The notes under the pieces: generated by a model
The model's database searches: none
What the model was told of the DNA's origin: nothing
What the model saw: the letters and a program-made list of their open reading frames with translations, nothing else
Position numbers and translations under genes: made by a program
NCBI RefSeq assembly: GCF_006345805.1
Contig: NC_043017.1
Span: 24,676,001-24,740,000 of the forward strand
Reading direction: 5' to 3'
From: Octopus sinensis
Taxonomy: Eukaryota
DNA: 64,000 bases
Shown: positions 14,129 to 26,606 of the stretch, piece after piece
Layout of the letters: every line of letters begins with the position of its first letter
How positions within the stretch are numbered: position 1 is the stretch's first letter

Positions 14129-14925
14129 TATTTCTTGATTTTCAACTTTATTTAAATCCAATTTGTATATTAGATTGATTCTATGCACAGGAAGGGCTTT
14201 GTAATTATGAAGTTTGCTTCAGATTCGCGTGGTTTGGAGTAAGTGTCTTATTATTATTACAACCTCTATACATTGTCAAATTCATTGTGACTGGAATTAG
14301 TTGATGGGCACTTCAGGGTCGTCTATTGTGTGCACATGTTAATGTTAGTCCCCTATGTTGTCATTAGCACTAGCAGTTGTGGAAACGGTTGTTTAGGATA
14401 TTCTCAAAGATGGGGTTCCCTTTTAGTTGCCTCTGTTAATCTTCATATCAACGTTTGGTAGTGGATCTTTGTGTGTACAAGGTCTCATCAAAAAGTTTTG
14501 GGACTGGTTCCATAAAAAGAAAACAATACATAGCAAACTGCCTCAGACTGCCCCTGGCTCTGTAGTACAAATGCCATATTTTCAAATGTTCTGAATTAAA
14601 ATCTTCCACCTGAACTTAGTCTTAATTTATGTTCCTGATATTAGCTTAATAACAAAAGTTATTTTACTGAATTCTTTGTTATATTTAAAATGAAATAAAC
14701 ACAGTATCTCAACTGAAATGTGGTAACGGAAAGGTTAAACTCTTTGGAAGTAGTTCCCTTCTGAAGTCAAACTTTATCCAGCATCATTTCCACTGATGAA
14801 AGCATTCCTGGGCTCATTTTTTGAAATAGTGAGCCACTATCTCATTACGTTCTCTTGGATATCCTTGAAACCTTGCGGTCTTCTACTGCAAAAACTGGGC
14901 CTTGGTTTCATGGTCATAGGTGTAA

Positions 14926-15290
14926 ACCCATGATTTGTGTGCTAAGAAGTTTGCTTCCCAACCATATGGTGTCAGGTTCAGTCCCACTGTGTGGCACCTT
15001 GAGTAAATGTCTTCTATTTTCACCTCAGGCTGACCAAAGCCTTGTGTGTGGATTTGGTACATGGAAACTGAAAGAAGCCTCTTGTGTATGTGTAGTGTGT
15101 CTTTGTTCCTCGCCACTGCTTGATAAACAGTGTTTGTTTCTGTCCCTGTAACTTAGCATTTCAGCAAAAGAGATTGATAGAATATGTACTAAGCTTAAAA
15201 AGATAAATACTGGGGTCACTTTGTTCAGCTAAAGGTCTCTTCAAGGCAATGGGCCCAGCATAGCCACAGTCTAATGACTAAAACAAAAAA
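14926..15290 (+). mobile_element. tRNA-derived SINE family 1
   Basis: Head, core and tail match the other copies. Confidence 0.85.
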
Positions 15291-15712
15291 AAAAATTTTT
15301 TTTTTGAGACATATTTCAGACAGGACTATCTTTCTATTACAATTGCAACAAACATGAATTATTAGGCTTAAAGATAAACAAGGACTTTTTTGTTATATAT
15401 TGTACTAATTGCTAAATTTGTTGTATTTTTTCACTAAGGAATTAGCTTAACTTTTTGACACTTATTCTGAATGGTCTTTCTTTTGTTGCATAGTGTATGT
15501 AATATTGGATATTTGACAATTGTCTCATTGTCAGTTACTAACAATAGGATTAGGAATGGTCATGTGTACACCATGTTTGCCATTTAATATAAAGAGTAAA
15601 TAAAAGAACCTTCATTAGTTGACAACCTTCCAAGTGTGAAATGTCTACAGTTGAATATTGACTCTTTGATAATTATTAAATAAAATACTACTTCGTTATT
15701 AGTGATGAAAGC

Positions 15713-16020
15713 AGTATATCATGCTTAATGTGGATAGAGCATCAGGGTTGCATTTGTGAAGTTTTGAGTTCCATTCCTGGACTGGGCTGTGTGTTGTGTT
15801 CTTTAGTTTATTTCATGTTGCTCGAGTTTACTCAGCTGTAGAAATGAGTTGTGCCAAGCTGTATCGGCCTTTGGACAACGTTGACGGTGTGGAGAGGGGA
15901 GGCTGAAATGCATGGACGACTGCTGGTCTCCCATAAACAGCCTTGTCCGGACTTGTGCCTCGGAGGGTAACTTTCTACATGCAATCTTGTGGTCATTTGT
16001 GACCGAAGGAGTCTGTACCT
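15713..16020 (+). mobile_element. Older tRNA-derived SINE (third family)
   Basis: tRNA-like head then tgtgttgtgttct...ttcatgttgctc..gtttactcagctgta..aatgagt core; related copy at about 31760-32000. Confidence 0.5.
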
Positions 16021-16479
16021 TTACTTGAAGAAAACTGTGGTAGGTGCAGCCATGGTTGTGTAGTAACAAGCTTGCTTCCCAACAGCACGGTTCCATGTTC
16101 AGTCCCATTGTGTGGCACCTTCAAATGGATTTGGTAGATGGTGTCTGAAAGAAGTCTGCCATATGTGTGTGTCTCTGTATTTGTCCCCCAGCATCACTTG
16201 ATGGTAAGTTCCAGGGTTGGTTCATTCAACTAAAAATTCTTCGAGTGGTACCCCAGTATAGCCACTGTCTATATTGTTTATATTTGTTGGACTGGTGTCC
16301 TCTTGGTTGTTGATTAGTGCAGTGCAGTCGTCGAGAGATTTTGAGTTCAATCCTAGGCAAGTCCAAGTAATTTGCAAAACAACCAGCTGAAACAAAAATC
16401 TCACAAAACGCAAAAAGTGTACTGTGTGAATCGAAGGTGTTGGGATTGAAATTCTGATTTGACAACTGAGTTCAACATA

Positions 16480-16720
16480 AGACACCTGAAGAAGGCTAGA
16501 GTATAAACAGCTGAAATGTAAAGGGCCACCCGTCCGACTAATATAAACAATATACATGAAGTACATTGTCCTTTGCAGTCATTTCCAGCAAACTGCCAAT
16601 GCCTGACCTGTGGCAGAACCTTCCAGGTGTGCATTGGATTGATCAGCCACAACCGGGCACCCTGAGCCATCTCCCATGTGATGTATTGTCAACAATAACA
16701 AGATGAACATTATTATTTTT
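16480..16720 (+). mobile_element. Non-LTR retrotransposon (RTE-like) 3' end with C2H2-type motif, pseudogenised
   Basis: Frame reads CQCLTCGRTFQVCIGLISH, resembling the C-terminal CPxCGRxFxxRIGLxSH motif of RTE-clade ORFs; upstream stops; short (ATT)n tail. Confidence 0.5.
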
Positions 16721-17304
16721 TAACACAGTGAGCTGGCAGAATTGTTAGCACACCAAGTGAAATGCTTGGCAGCAGTTCGGCTGCCTTTATGTTCTGAGTT
16801 CATATTCTGCTGGGGATGACCTCACCTTTTATCCTTTCGGGGTTGATAAAATAAGTACCAGTTGAGTACTGGGATCAATGTAATTGCCTTACCTCCTCGC
16901 CACAACTTTCAGGCCTTGTGCCTATAGCAGAAAGGATGAGTATTATATAGATGCAGGCATGGCTGTGATAAGGATCTTTGGTAAGTGTCTTCCATAGTCT
17001 CAGGCCGACCAAGGCTTCATGAATGGATTTGGTAGATGAAACTGAAACACATGTACATATATGGTTGTGCTTGTACCCCACTGCTTGACAACCAGTGTTT
17101 GTATGTGCTTATGTCCCCGTAACTTAGGAGCTTGGCAAAGAGACTAATAGAATAAGAACCAAGCTTAAAAAATAATCCCGGCATCAATTTGTTTGACTAA
17201 AACAAGTAAAAGAATATATATATATATAAATGGCGGTGCATCAGCATGGCCACAGCTCTGAGTTGAAACTAGAGAGAAAAAATATATATATATAATTAAT
17301 AATA

Positions 17305-17550
17305 TCAGGGTAATGATAAAAAAATTTTACTACCAGTGGCCTAGCGTATAGAAAAATTAGTCAATAGACTATATATTATTCATAGAAAATATAGTGTGCA
17401 TTTAAACTCACTAAGAGGTTTCTATCCTTTACGCTAGATATAACAGCTAAAGTCCAAACCAGTTAAAGTGGTTCAGACTTTAGCTGTTCTTTCTAACGTA
17501 AAGGTTTCCTATGATGGCAACCTCTTAATGTGTTTAAATGTACACTGTAT
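17305..17550 (+). mobile_element. Hairpin-plus-stalk repeat, copy 1
   Basis: Imperfect hairpin 17391-17550; the stalk 17320-17400 matches the reverse complement of 21470-21555. Confidence 0.65.
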
Positions 17551-18974
17551 TATATATATACACACACACAAAACAAAGTTTATTATAGAAGTTTACTAGT
17601 TTCAGAGATTGGACTATGGCATTGACTTCCAATTTCCAGTCAGTCACTTCAACCCTGAGGACTCCTTAGAAATTGTTTCTTTTATTGAAAGGTTTTGTGA
17701 CTTTATTTAAAATGCAACGCCAGTAAATATAAAATATATTTTACTATAAGGTCTTCAGTCAACAATTGTTATATTAGTGAAGTGAGAGTAGAACAGGTTT
17801 GGATCAGCCTTGATCAAAGTACACTTGTTAACATCAGAGATGTTAACACTAGACCTAATGCTTTATTGTTAGCCTAATTTTATAATCACCCACTCAAGAT
17901 AAGGTTAAGATTTTTACCTGTACTAATCAGAATGGTATAACTGTTGGTGGCCAAACCATGTTTCTTTTTTTATCTGTAAACTAATAGAACACTAACCTGT
18001 TTACAGCATGAGCCATTTCACATTTAAGATGTCTAACATTTGAAAGCTATGAGTTTGGGCTTTGGGCACAACAAAAAAACCATTAGTGGCATTTCGCCTG
18101 TCTTTATGTTCCGAGTTCAAATTCTGCTGGGGGTGACTTTGCCTTTCATCTTTTCAGAGTTGATAAAATAAGTACCAGTTGAATACTGGGGGGGAGGTCA
18201 ATGTAATTGACTTATCCCCTCCCCCAAATTTCAGGCCTTGTGCCTATAGTAGAAAGGATTAATATTATATATATATATATATATATTAAGTTTTAAAGTT
18301 ATCTGTATAGATTGTCTATGGAAATTAGGGCCAGCGTTGAAGGTTACAATGTTTCATATATAAATTACATCTATGTGATCAAATATAGAAAAATAGGTAA
18401 TGTGTGTATATGAATGTTTCAGGAGTTGTTGCATTCTCTTCAGTACCTTATTTTCTCCATTAACCATCCATGAACAAATTACTTAAATTGCTTCTAAGTT
18501 TAGCTGTGTGACACAATTGGATGTACCAATTTTACATATTAAACAAATTCCTGGCAACTGGTACATCATCATCATCATTTAATGTTCATCTTCCATGCTG
18601 GCATGGGTTGGATAGTTTGACAGGAGCCAGCCAGGTAGGTGACTACACCAGGCTACTGTGTCTGTTTTGGCATGGGTTTTATGACTGGATGCCCTTCCTT
18701 ACACTAGCCACTTTACAAAGTGCTACCTACATATTAACCACTGATAGGGACACCATATTTTGTTACGCAACTATAATATACTACCAATTAAAGGCTTTAT
18801 AACTCTCTGTGTTAGCAGCGAGATTTAATCACTGTTCACGTTTAGTGTCAGGTTTGCTTACTCAAATGGTTTATTATGTAGGCGCAAGATATGTAATTCT
18901 TACAAGACTGAAGGTAAATGGACATTCAAATGGGACAAAATAAAAAAAACTCAGAACGTAATGGCAGACGAAAT

Positions 18975-19198
18975 ACCTATTTTTTTACTACCCACAAGGG
19001 GCTAAACACAGAGAGGACAAACAAACGGATTGAGTCGATTACATCGACACCAGTACATAACTGGTACTTAATTTATCGACCCTAAGAGGATGAAAGGCAA
19101 AGTCAACCTCGGTGGAATTTGAACTCAGAATGTAAAGACAGATGAATACCGCTAAGCATTTCGCCCGGCGTCCTCACGTTTCTGCCAGCTCAAGCCCT
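18975..19198 (-). mobile_element. SINE family 2
   Basis: Near full-length match to 28928-29155. Confidence 0.85.
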
Positions 19199-19706
19199 TT
19201 GGTAGGTACAAGGATTACACAAGTAACTTGAATCAGTCCTGGCTAGGATTATTACCATTCCATCTCACCTTGTTTGGAAACAATGGAATGGATGGATGCC
19301 ATTTACTCCTTGCTACAAAAATTAACTTCATGCCTAATCAAAGATACCAGTATAATCCAGTTTTCTCTAATACTTTGATTGTTAAGTCACGGGTTTAATC
19401 TGATTATAGGATAATCTTCCTAATTACTCATAAATGATTATGAATAGAGTCATCTCAAATATTACAACTACTTAATTTATGATGGTTTCAAAATTTCATT
19501 ACAAGGCCTACAACTGAAAGGGAAGGGGCAAATCAATTGCATTGACACTAGTGATCAATTGGTGCTTATTTTATCTGCCCCCGAGAGGACGAACGGGAAA
19601 GTCAAAGCTGGCAGAGTTTGAACCCAGAACATAAAGAGTCAGAAGAAACGCCACTAAGCATTGCTTTTTGCCTGCTTGCCACTTTTACTTGATTTATAAT
19701 TGAGTG

Positions 19707-20272
19707 AGTGGCTATGTGGTAAGAAGCTTGCATCCCAATCACATGGATCCAGGTTCAGTCCCACTGCATAGCAACTTGAGCAAGTGTCCTCTATTATAAA
19801 ACCTCAATTTGGCCAAAGCCTTGTGAGTGGATTTGGTAAACAGAAACTGAAAAAAAGCCTGTCGCATGTATATATTATATATACATGCTCTTTTACTTGT
19901 TTCAATCATTTGAGTGTGGCCATGCTGGAGCACCACCTTTTAGTCAAGTAAATCAACCCCAGGACTTATTCTTTGTAAGCCTAGTACTTATTCTCTTGGT
20001 TTCTTTTGCTGAACCGCTAAGTTACGGGGACGTAAACACACCATCATCGGTTGTCAAGCAATGTTGGGAGGACAAACACCGACACAAACATATACACATA
20101 CATATATACAATGGGCTTCTTTCAGTTTCCGTCTACCAAATCCACTCACAAGGCTTTGGTCGGCCCAAGGCTATAGTAGAAGACACTTGTCCAAGGTGCC
20201 ACGCAGTGGGACTGAACCTGGAACCATGTGGTTGGTAAACAAGCTACTTACCACACAGCCACTCCTTCGCCT
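19707..20272. mobile_element. Inverted SINE family 1 pair (+ head 19707-19866; full - copy 19887-20272)
   Basis: The two heads are reverse complements of one another. Confidence 0.85.
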
Positions 20273-20276
20273 ATAC

Positions 20277-20466
20277 ATATGAGGTCTGATCAGCAAGTAT
20301 CCAAACTGTTGCCGTAGTAACAAAGCTAAAACAGTGGAAGTGAGCTAGACTGTTAAAACTTAGTGTGCATGCACAGCAGAGTTCAAGGTCAATCTGTGCC
20401 AAGTGGCTTCACTCTGCATTCTTTAGCTTCTTTACTATGACAACAGTTCAGATACTTATTGATCAA
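20277..20466. mobile_element. mariner-like MITE
   Basis: Imperfect TIRs tgatcagcaagtatccaaactgttgccgtagtaacaaagctaaa / tttagcttctttactatgacaacagttcagatacttattgatca. Confidence 0.6.
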
Positions 20467-20529
20467 GGCAGTTGCTATGGCATTGAGGAAAATCTGGCCA
20501 CCACCAAAAACAAAACCCAGATTCAAAAT

Positions 20530-20884
20530 GATGGATGATGATGATACACTCTCTCTATCCGCTTAGTCGAAGTCGATTCTCGGTTACTCGTTGGATCAGT
20601 GTCCTCCAGTCAGTTCTATCCTGGGCCGCTTCTTTCAGATTGGCTATGTCCATTCCGGTATCACTCTTGATTGGTGTCAAGCCAGCGGGTTCTTGGTCGG
20701 CCTCTTCCTCTCTTGCCACTGACCATTCCGAGCATGATGTCCTTCTCCAGGGATTTTCTCTGCATAATATGACCAAAATATGCCAAACTATGCTTGGTGA
20801 TCCAAGCTTCCAGCAACAGTTTCGGCTTGATCTTGTTAAGAACTTCTCCATTGGTGAGCCTCGCTGTCCATGGAATCCGTAAAA
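20530..20884 (-). mobile_element. RTE-clade (BovB-like) LINE 3' fragment
   Basis: LRIPWTARLTNGEVL...LAYFGHIMQRKSLEKDIMLGMVSGKRGRGRPRTRWLD, then frameshift to ...LKEAAQDRTDWRTLIQRVT; this is the classic RTE C-terminus. Confidence 0.9.
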
Positions 20885-21219
20885 TATATATATATGTGCA
20901 TATATACACAAATACACGCACGCATATATATAATTGTTAAAGAGGACAACAAACATTAAGGCAAGACTAACAATTCAAGTCATATACATTATTATTATTA
21001 TTATTGGAAAAAAATTCAAAGTCTTACAGCTGTTTCTGGGATAGTCTGTCATCAGAGACAAATAGGGAAAATGAGTAGGCTATAGATTGACAAAATGATG
21101 ACATAGAGGACGGGAGTAAAAGAATAAGGATATGAAGAAAGAGAAGAAAAAAGAAGCATAAAAGTTCACAGTTCAACTTTCTGATCTTGTAGAAATAAGT
21201 CCATAAGTCCTTAGGTGCA

Positions 21220-21250
<31 letters not shown>

Positions 21251-21256
<6 letters not shown>

Positions 21257-21600
21257 CTCATATAATATAGTGTATATTTAAACACATACGGAATCCACAT
21301 ATAGGGAATTCAACACGCTAGAGAGAACAACTAGGTTCTGTAAGATGGTAAATGTTTTTCATTTCCAAATTTATTCCTGTCGAATTTTATCCGTTATTTT
21401 TGTGGTTTACAGGACCTAGCTGTTCTCTCTAGCTTGTTGAATTCCCTATATGTGGATTCCGTATGTGTTTAAATATACACTATATCGTATGACTAATATA
21501 TAGTCTTCTTGACTAATTTTTTTTGCACGTTAGACCACTGGAAATGTAAATTTTGATTGAATGTTTTAATTTTAATTAAATTCCATTTCCCTTTGACATA
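21251..21600 (-). mobile_element. Hairpin-plus-stalk repeat, copy 2
   Basis: ~93-bp near-perfect arms (21251-21343 / 21407-21500) plus a one-sided stalk shared with the 17305 copy. Confidence 0.7.
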
Positions 21601-21606
21601 TATATA

Positions 21607-21990
21607 TCTCTCTCTATATAAACGGCAGTTTGTCTGTGCGTTTTCTGTGTGTCTGTTTTCTCGTACCCTCACTCTGACCACGGCTTTCAACCGATTCTGA
21701 TGAAACTTGACACACACATAGCCCAATGTCATAATTCAAAACTAACGCAGCGAAAATTTTGAAAAGTTCCCCCAGTTCTGAAAAAAATCGATAAATTCGA
21801 CATGGGGTCGAGAATCAGAAACCCAAACCACAGACCGTCTAGGGGACGCAACTCCACCTTTTTTAACTCTCAAAAAAAATTTACCATAATTTTTTTTCCA
21901 TTTTTTTGCTATTTTGGGGCTATAACTCTCTAAAAATGCTTTATAGTTATTTCCCTTACAAACCTGAGCAACGCCGGGCGATACTGCTAG
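21607..21990 (+). mobile_element. Non-autonomous Helitron
   Basis: A|TCTCTCTCTATATAAACGGC 5' end; 3' GC hairpin cctgagcaacgccggg followed by CTAG|T; AT insertion site with no TSD. Confidence 0.8.
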
Positions 21991-22069
21991 TATATATATA
22001 TAAATATTAAATTTCTAAATATCTCATAGAGATATGTACGGTGGTATATATATATATATATATATGTAT

Positions 22070-22705
22070 ATATAATTTCAGCTTTGTTGTGGTTTTTAAG
22101 CATGTTCCAGAAGAGAAGTTTTCTGTTGTGTAGTTTCTTGGTCCAGGTAGTGTTGATATGGTATTTAATGTGTTGTGCTGGAGTTGAAGTGCGATCAGTC
22201 TGTGTGTTGGGTGGTGTATGAGGTTCCTTCAATGATGAGTTGGTATGGAAAGTTTTCAGTGTAGTGCTGATTTCATTTAGGTTTTGTGTAATTAAACTAT
22301 TTTCGATATGTGGCCACGTGTGTATTGTTGGTGATTTTCTTTCTCCGTCTTCCCTTCTTTGGACTTTTTCTATATTTCTGACAAAGAGCTCCGCTCAAAA
22401 CATGAAATCCTCTTTCTTCTCTTTCCTTTTCTTTCCTTTCCTGAGCGTCCAATAACACTGTACTTATTCCACGTCCTCACATTGTTGTTTTTTTATTGCT
22501 TGTTCATGTCTGGATTGACTATATATATATATAGGCACTACACACATTTTTTTCTCTCCTTGTTTTTTCTGTGTCCCTTTCTGTAGAAGAGCGTAGGCTC
22601 GAAACATAAAAGACTTTTTCTATTCCTGAGTGTTATACTAATACATCTGTTTGTTTTCTACACCATCTGTCTTCGTCTTTTGTTTTTTTCGTAAACTCTC
22701 CCCAT
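22070..22705. mobile_element. Penelope-like element fragment with two hammerhead-like motifs
   Basis: Minus-strand ORF remnant (...WTKKLHNRKLLFWNMLKNHNKAEI) next to plus-strand CTGnnnA-A-GAGC-loop-GCTC-(G/A)AAAC motifs at 22375-22407 and 22577-22612. The Penelope assignment is inference. Confidence 0.5.
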
Positions 22706-23539
22706 ATATATATATTTGTGTGTGTTTGTGTTTGACCCTCTACCATCACATGATAGCCAATGTTGGTGTGTTTACGTCCCCATAGCATAACAGTTTGGCA
22801 AAAGATACTGATAGAATAAGTCCTGGGGTTGATTTGTTTGACTAAAGGTGGTGCTCCAGCATAGCCACAGTCAAATGACTGAAACAAGTAGAAAATAAAA
22901 TAATAAAAGAATATACATTATAAATATATTGAAAAAAAGATATATAGGTCAACTATATATAGAGAAATAGATATGTAGGTCAACTTACAAATTATAAAAT
23001 GAAGTCATAAAAAGAGTTAAGAGTCTATAAGTTTGGGTGTTACTAATCCAGTTAATAATCTTACAACCGTTTCTGGGGGTCTGGTTGTCCAGTTATAAAA
23101 AAGATATTTACTTCCATTTTTGGACACTGCCTCCTTCATCAGGGAAAATTAATTTCTGAAAAGGCTCACATGTACTGCGTTTTCCTAATGGGAATTACCT
23201 GCTGGATGTTCTTAGATGGCTATATGCAAAAGACCAGGGACACTTCCACTCCCTAGCTTTCAGGGTATTGCAAAAGGTCAAGTTCTTTTATTGGACTTAT
23301 AAGAACTGAAGGACCGCTGCAATAAGTGTGTGGCTCCAGGAAGAGAATATGTTGAATAAAATCATAATTTACCGATACTCTTGCATTTTCTTTTACGCAA
23401 AGCCAGGAACTTTTCAGCTCTCCTTTGTACACCACCTTTGAATAAATTTTGAAAATAATGAAGAATTTAGTAAAATAAATAAATATATCGTTATTAATCT
23501 GATGTTTGGAACATAAATTTTGATGAATGGTTTTAACTT

Positions 23540-23842
23540 TTACGGATTCCATGGACAGCGAGGCTCACCAATGGAGAAGTTCTTAAGCAGATCAGGCCGA
23601 AAATGTCGCTAGAAGCTAGGATCACCAAGAATAGATTGGCATATTTCGGTCATATTATGCGGAGAAAATCCCTGGAGAAGAACATCATGCTCGGAATGGT
23701 CAGTGGCAAGAGAGGAAGAGGCCGACCAAGAACCCGCTGGCTTGATACCATCAAGAGTGATACCGGATAGACCTGAGTGGAGGACACTGATCCATCGAGT
23801 AACCGAGAGTCGACTTCGACTGAGCGGATAGATTGATAGATA
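23540..23842 (+). mobile_element. RTE-clade LINE 3' fragment with TSD
   Basis: Same sequence as 20530-20884 in opposite orientation (RIPWTARLTNGEVLKQ...YFGHIMRRKSLEKNIMLG); (GATA)-like tail; TSD ggttttaactt at 23529-23539 and 23843-23853. Confidence 0.9.
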
Positions 23843-24092
23843 GGTTTTAACTTAGGAAGTTTGTATCATAGAACCGAATGCAGGATGGTATGAAAAGGGT
23901 TAAGAAATTACTAAACAGGCAGGGAACTAGAGATCTGGTTCAAATATTAACCATTCTGTAAAAGACAGAGGAGAATGCATATAACACCTCCTACTTAACC
24001 ATTTTGTTACGATATTTCAGTTGAAATATACTGTTTTCGTTACAATTAAGAATTTAGTAAAACACTCATTATTAACCCTTTAGCATTTAAAA

Positions 24093-24438
24093 ACACGTGG
24101 ACATGCCTACAAAGTCAGAAAACAGCACAGCTCCCATGACTTTCAGAAACATTTTTTCACACTCAGAGTTGCTGAAGCATGGAACAAACTACCTGAATCA
24201 GTTGTTAGTTGCCAAATCCTTGCATCCTTTAAAACTTCCATGCTTCCTGAAATTTGCCAACACTACACTTGATATCACACCACCACCACCTCTGTATGTA
24301 TGCACACTCGTATATCATGGCTCATATACACTGTTCACTTTCCTGACTTTTGTACATAATTCTATGAACTGTACATGCACCTTTGGTGAGTTGTGGTGCA
24401 CCTGAGCACTACACACATTGATTTCATTATTATTATTA
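24093..24438 (+). mobile_element. CR1-clade LINE 3' fragment
   Basis: TRGHAYKVRKQHSSHDFQKHFFTLRVAEAWNKLPESVV...SFK matches the CR1 ORF2 C-terminal motif; (ATT)n tail; interrupts a piggyBac-like MITE. Confidence 0.8.
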
Positions 24439-24623
24439 TACTACCTGTTTCATATTCAAACTGATTGGATCCAGCCTTTCCCACCTCCCTTACAGTGTCA
24501 TTCTGAGGATAAAACAATCACATCATTGACATCTCGAAGCTATGAGATGATGCATGATTAATTCAAAATAATGTGAATGAACAAGAATTACATTTGACAG
24601 GAATCTTAATGCTTAAAGGTTAC

Positions 24624-25016
24624 TCTTTACTCTTTTACTTGTTTCAGTCATTTGACTGTGGCCATGCTGGAGCACTGCCTTTAGTTGAGCAAATTGACCC
24701 CGGGACTTATTCTTTGTAAGCCCAGTACTTATTCTATCGGTCTCTTTTGCCGAACCACTAAGTGACGGGGACGTAAACACACCAGCATCGGTTGTCAAGC
24801 AATGCTAGGGGGACAAACACAGACACACAAACACTTACATATATATATACATATATACGACGGGCTTCTTTCAGTTTCCATCTACCAAATCCACTCACAA
24901 AGCATTGGTCGGCCTGAGGCTATAGCAGAAGACACTTGCCCAATGTGCCACGCAGTGGGACTGAACCCGGAACCATGTGGTTGGTAAGCAAGCTACTTAC
25001 CACACAGTCACTCCTG
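24624..25016 (-). mobile_element. tRNA-derived SINE family 1, young full-length
   Basis: Very similar to the 27042 and 28028 copies. Confidence 0.9.
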
Positions 25017-25492
25017 TGGAAGTTTTTGGAACATAAATTAACAAGAAATTTTGGTAAAAAGTTTTTAATTTAGATCACTGGAAGTTTGTACTGAAACAGT
25101 AGTGGAGCTGGGGTGGGGTTCAGACCAGATGGTATCAAAAGGGTTAATGTAGAAGTGATGAAATGGTTGTTGCAAATTTACACACATGTGCCATGCACCA
25201 GGAGTAAATTTTTGTGCCAGATTTCGTCATCTCACCTTAAAATGCAAAATCAACGAATAAGTAAATTCTTCTTGTCCATGTTTTGTTCATTTATAAATGC
25301 CAGCCAAATAATGACACAAAATAATGAGATCATTATCTGAGCAGTTGTACTACAAATACACACACAAACGCAGACAAACACACACACACACACACAAATA
25401 GGTTTGGTGATGCAAACAAGAAAAATAGACCTTAAAACATGAGTATTTATATATTTTTATTAAAATTTAGCAGAAGCAACAGACGGACTTAA

Positions 25493-25923
25493 CCCTTTTG
25501 ATACCAACTCGGCTGAAACCACCTCTGGCTCCGAGTACAAATGTCTTGTTTTCAAATGTTCTCAATTAAAATATTCCACCAAACCTTAGTCACAATTTAT
25601 GTTCCTAACACTAGCTTAACCCTTTCATTACCAACCCGGCTGAAACCGGCTATGGCTCTGAGTACAAGTTTCTTGTTTTCATAAGTTTTGAATTAAAATC
25701 TTCCACCAAATCTTATTTGCAATGTATGTTCCTGACACTAGCTTAATGATAACTAAGTTATTTCACTAAATTCTTTATTATATTTAAAGTAATTGAAAGA
25801 AACACAGAGCATCTCAAAATGAATACAGCAATGAAAGAGTTAATGATAACTAAATTCTTTGTTATATTTAAAATTAATTGAAAGAAACACAGAGCATCTC
25901 AAAATAAATATGGTAATTAAGGG
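25493..25923. mobile_element. piggyBac-like MITE with a same-family copy (25620-25839) nested in it
   Basis: Both start TTAA|CCCTTT; the inner copy is flanked by TTAA at 25616-19 and 25840-43 and splits the outer copy at ctagcTTAAtgataac. Confidence 0.8.
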
Positions 25924-26606
25924 CCAAAAATTTCAAATGTTTGATGAGAGCTAACATACAAAGCTCTCAGCCCTTGAGTCACTTTGTTGCTCCTGCTAAA
26001 TATTAATGAAAATATGTGTATGTGTGTATTTGAGTGTGTGTGTGTGTTTATTTGACCTATACAACAGTGTTTTAAGGACATAGTAATATAAATTTGTTCT
26101 ATATCTTAAAACAATGCGTCCTTTATATCTACCTGATTGATCATCATGATAATAAGCATGACCTTCATTGTCAGCTCAATACCTGCTGCTTTCTTCCATG
26201 TCATTCATGAATCACAGAAGCCATGGGAAACTTAAAACATAACCGCTTCGAGGTTTTTTTTTTCTTCTTTTTTTTTTCCATGTTTCACATTTTCATCCAA
26301 ACTAGTTGCTGTCTTTGCTTACTCAAACTTATGCTTCTGCAATTTTGGAGATTCACAGGTGGATTCCCAGAGTCCTGTATTTGATGGTGTACTAGGTGCA
26401 TGGGCATATAAAAAGCTACCCCAATTTCAGCAGCACATATTCAAACAGAAATATGTTTTCAGTGCACAAAAGCATGTAATATTTAAAGCAATCAAAAGCA
26501 GCAAGCTTGCAGAATCATTACTATGCTGGGTGAAATGCTTAGCGACAGTTCATCCATCTTTACATTTATCATCATCATCATCATCATCATCATCATTTAA
26601 TGTATG

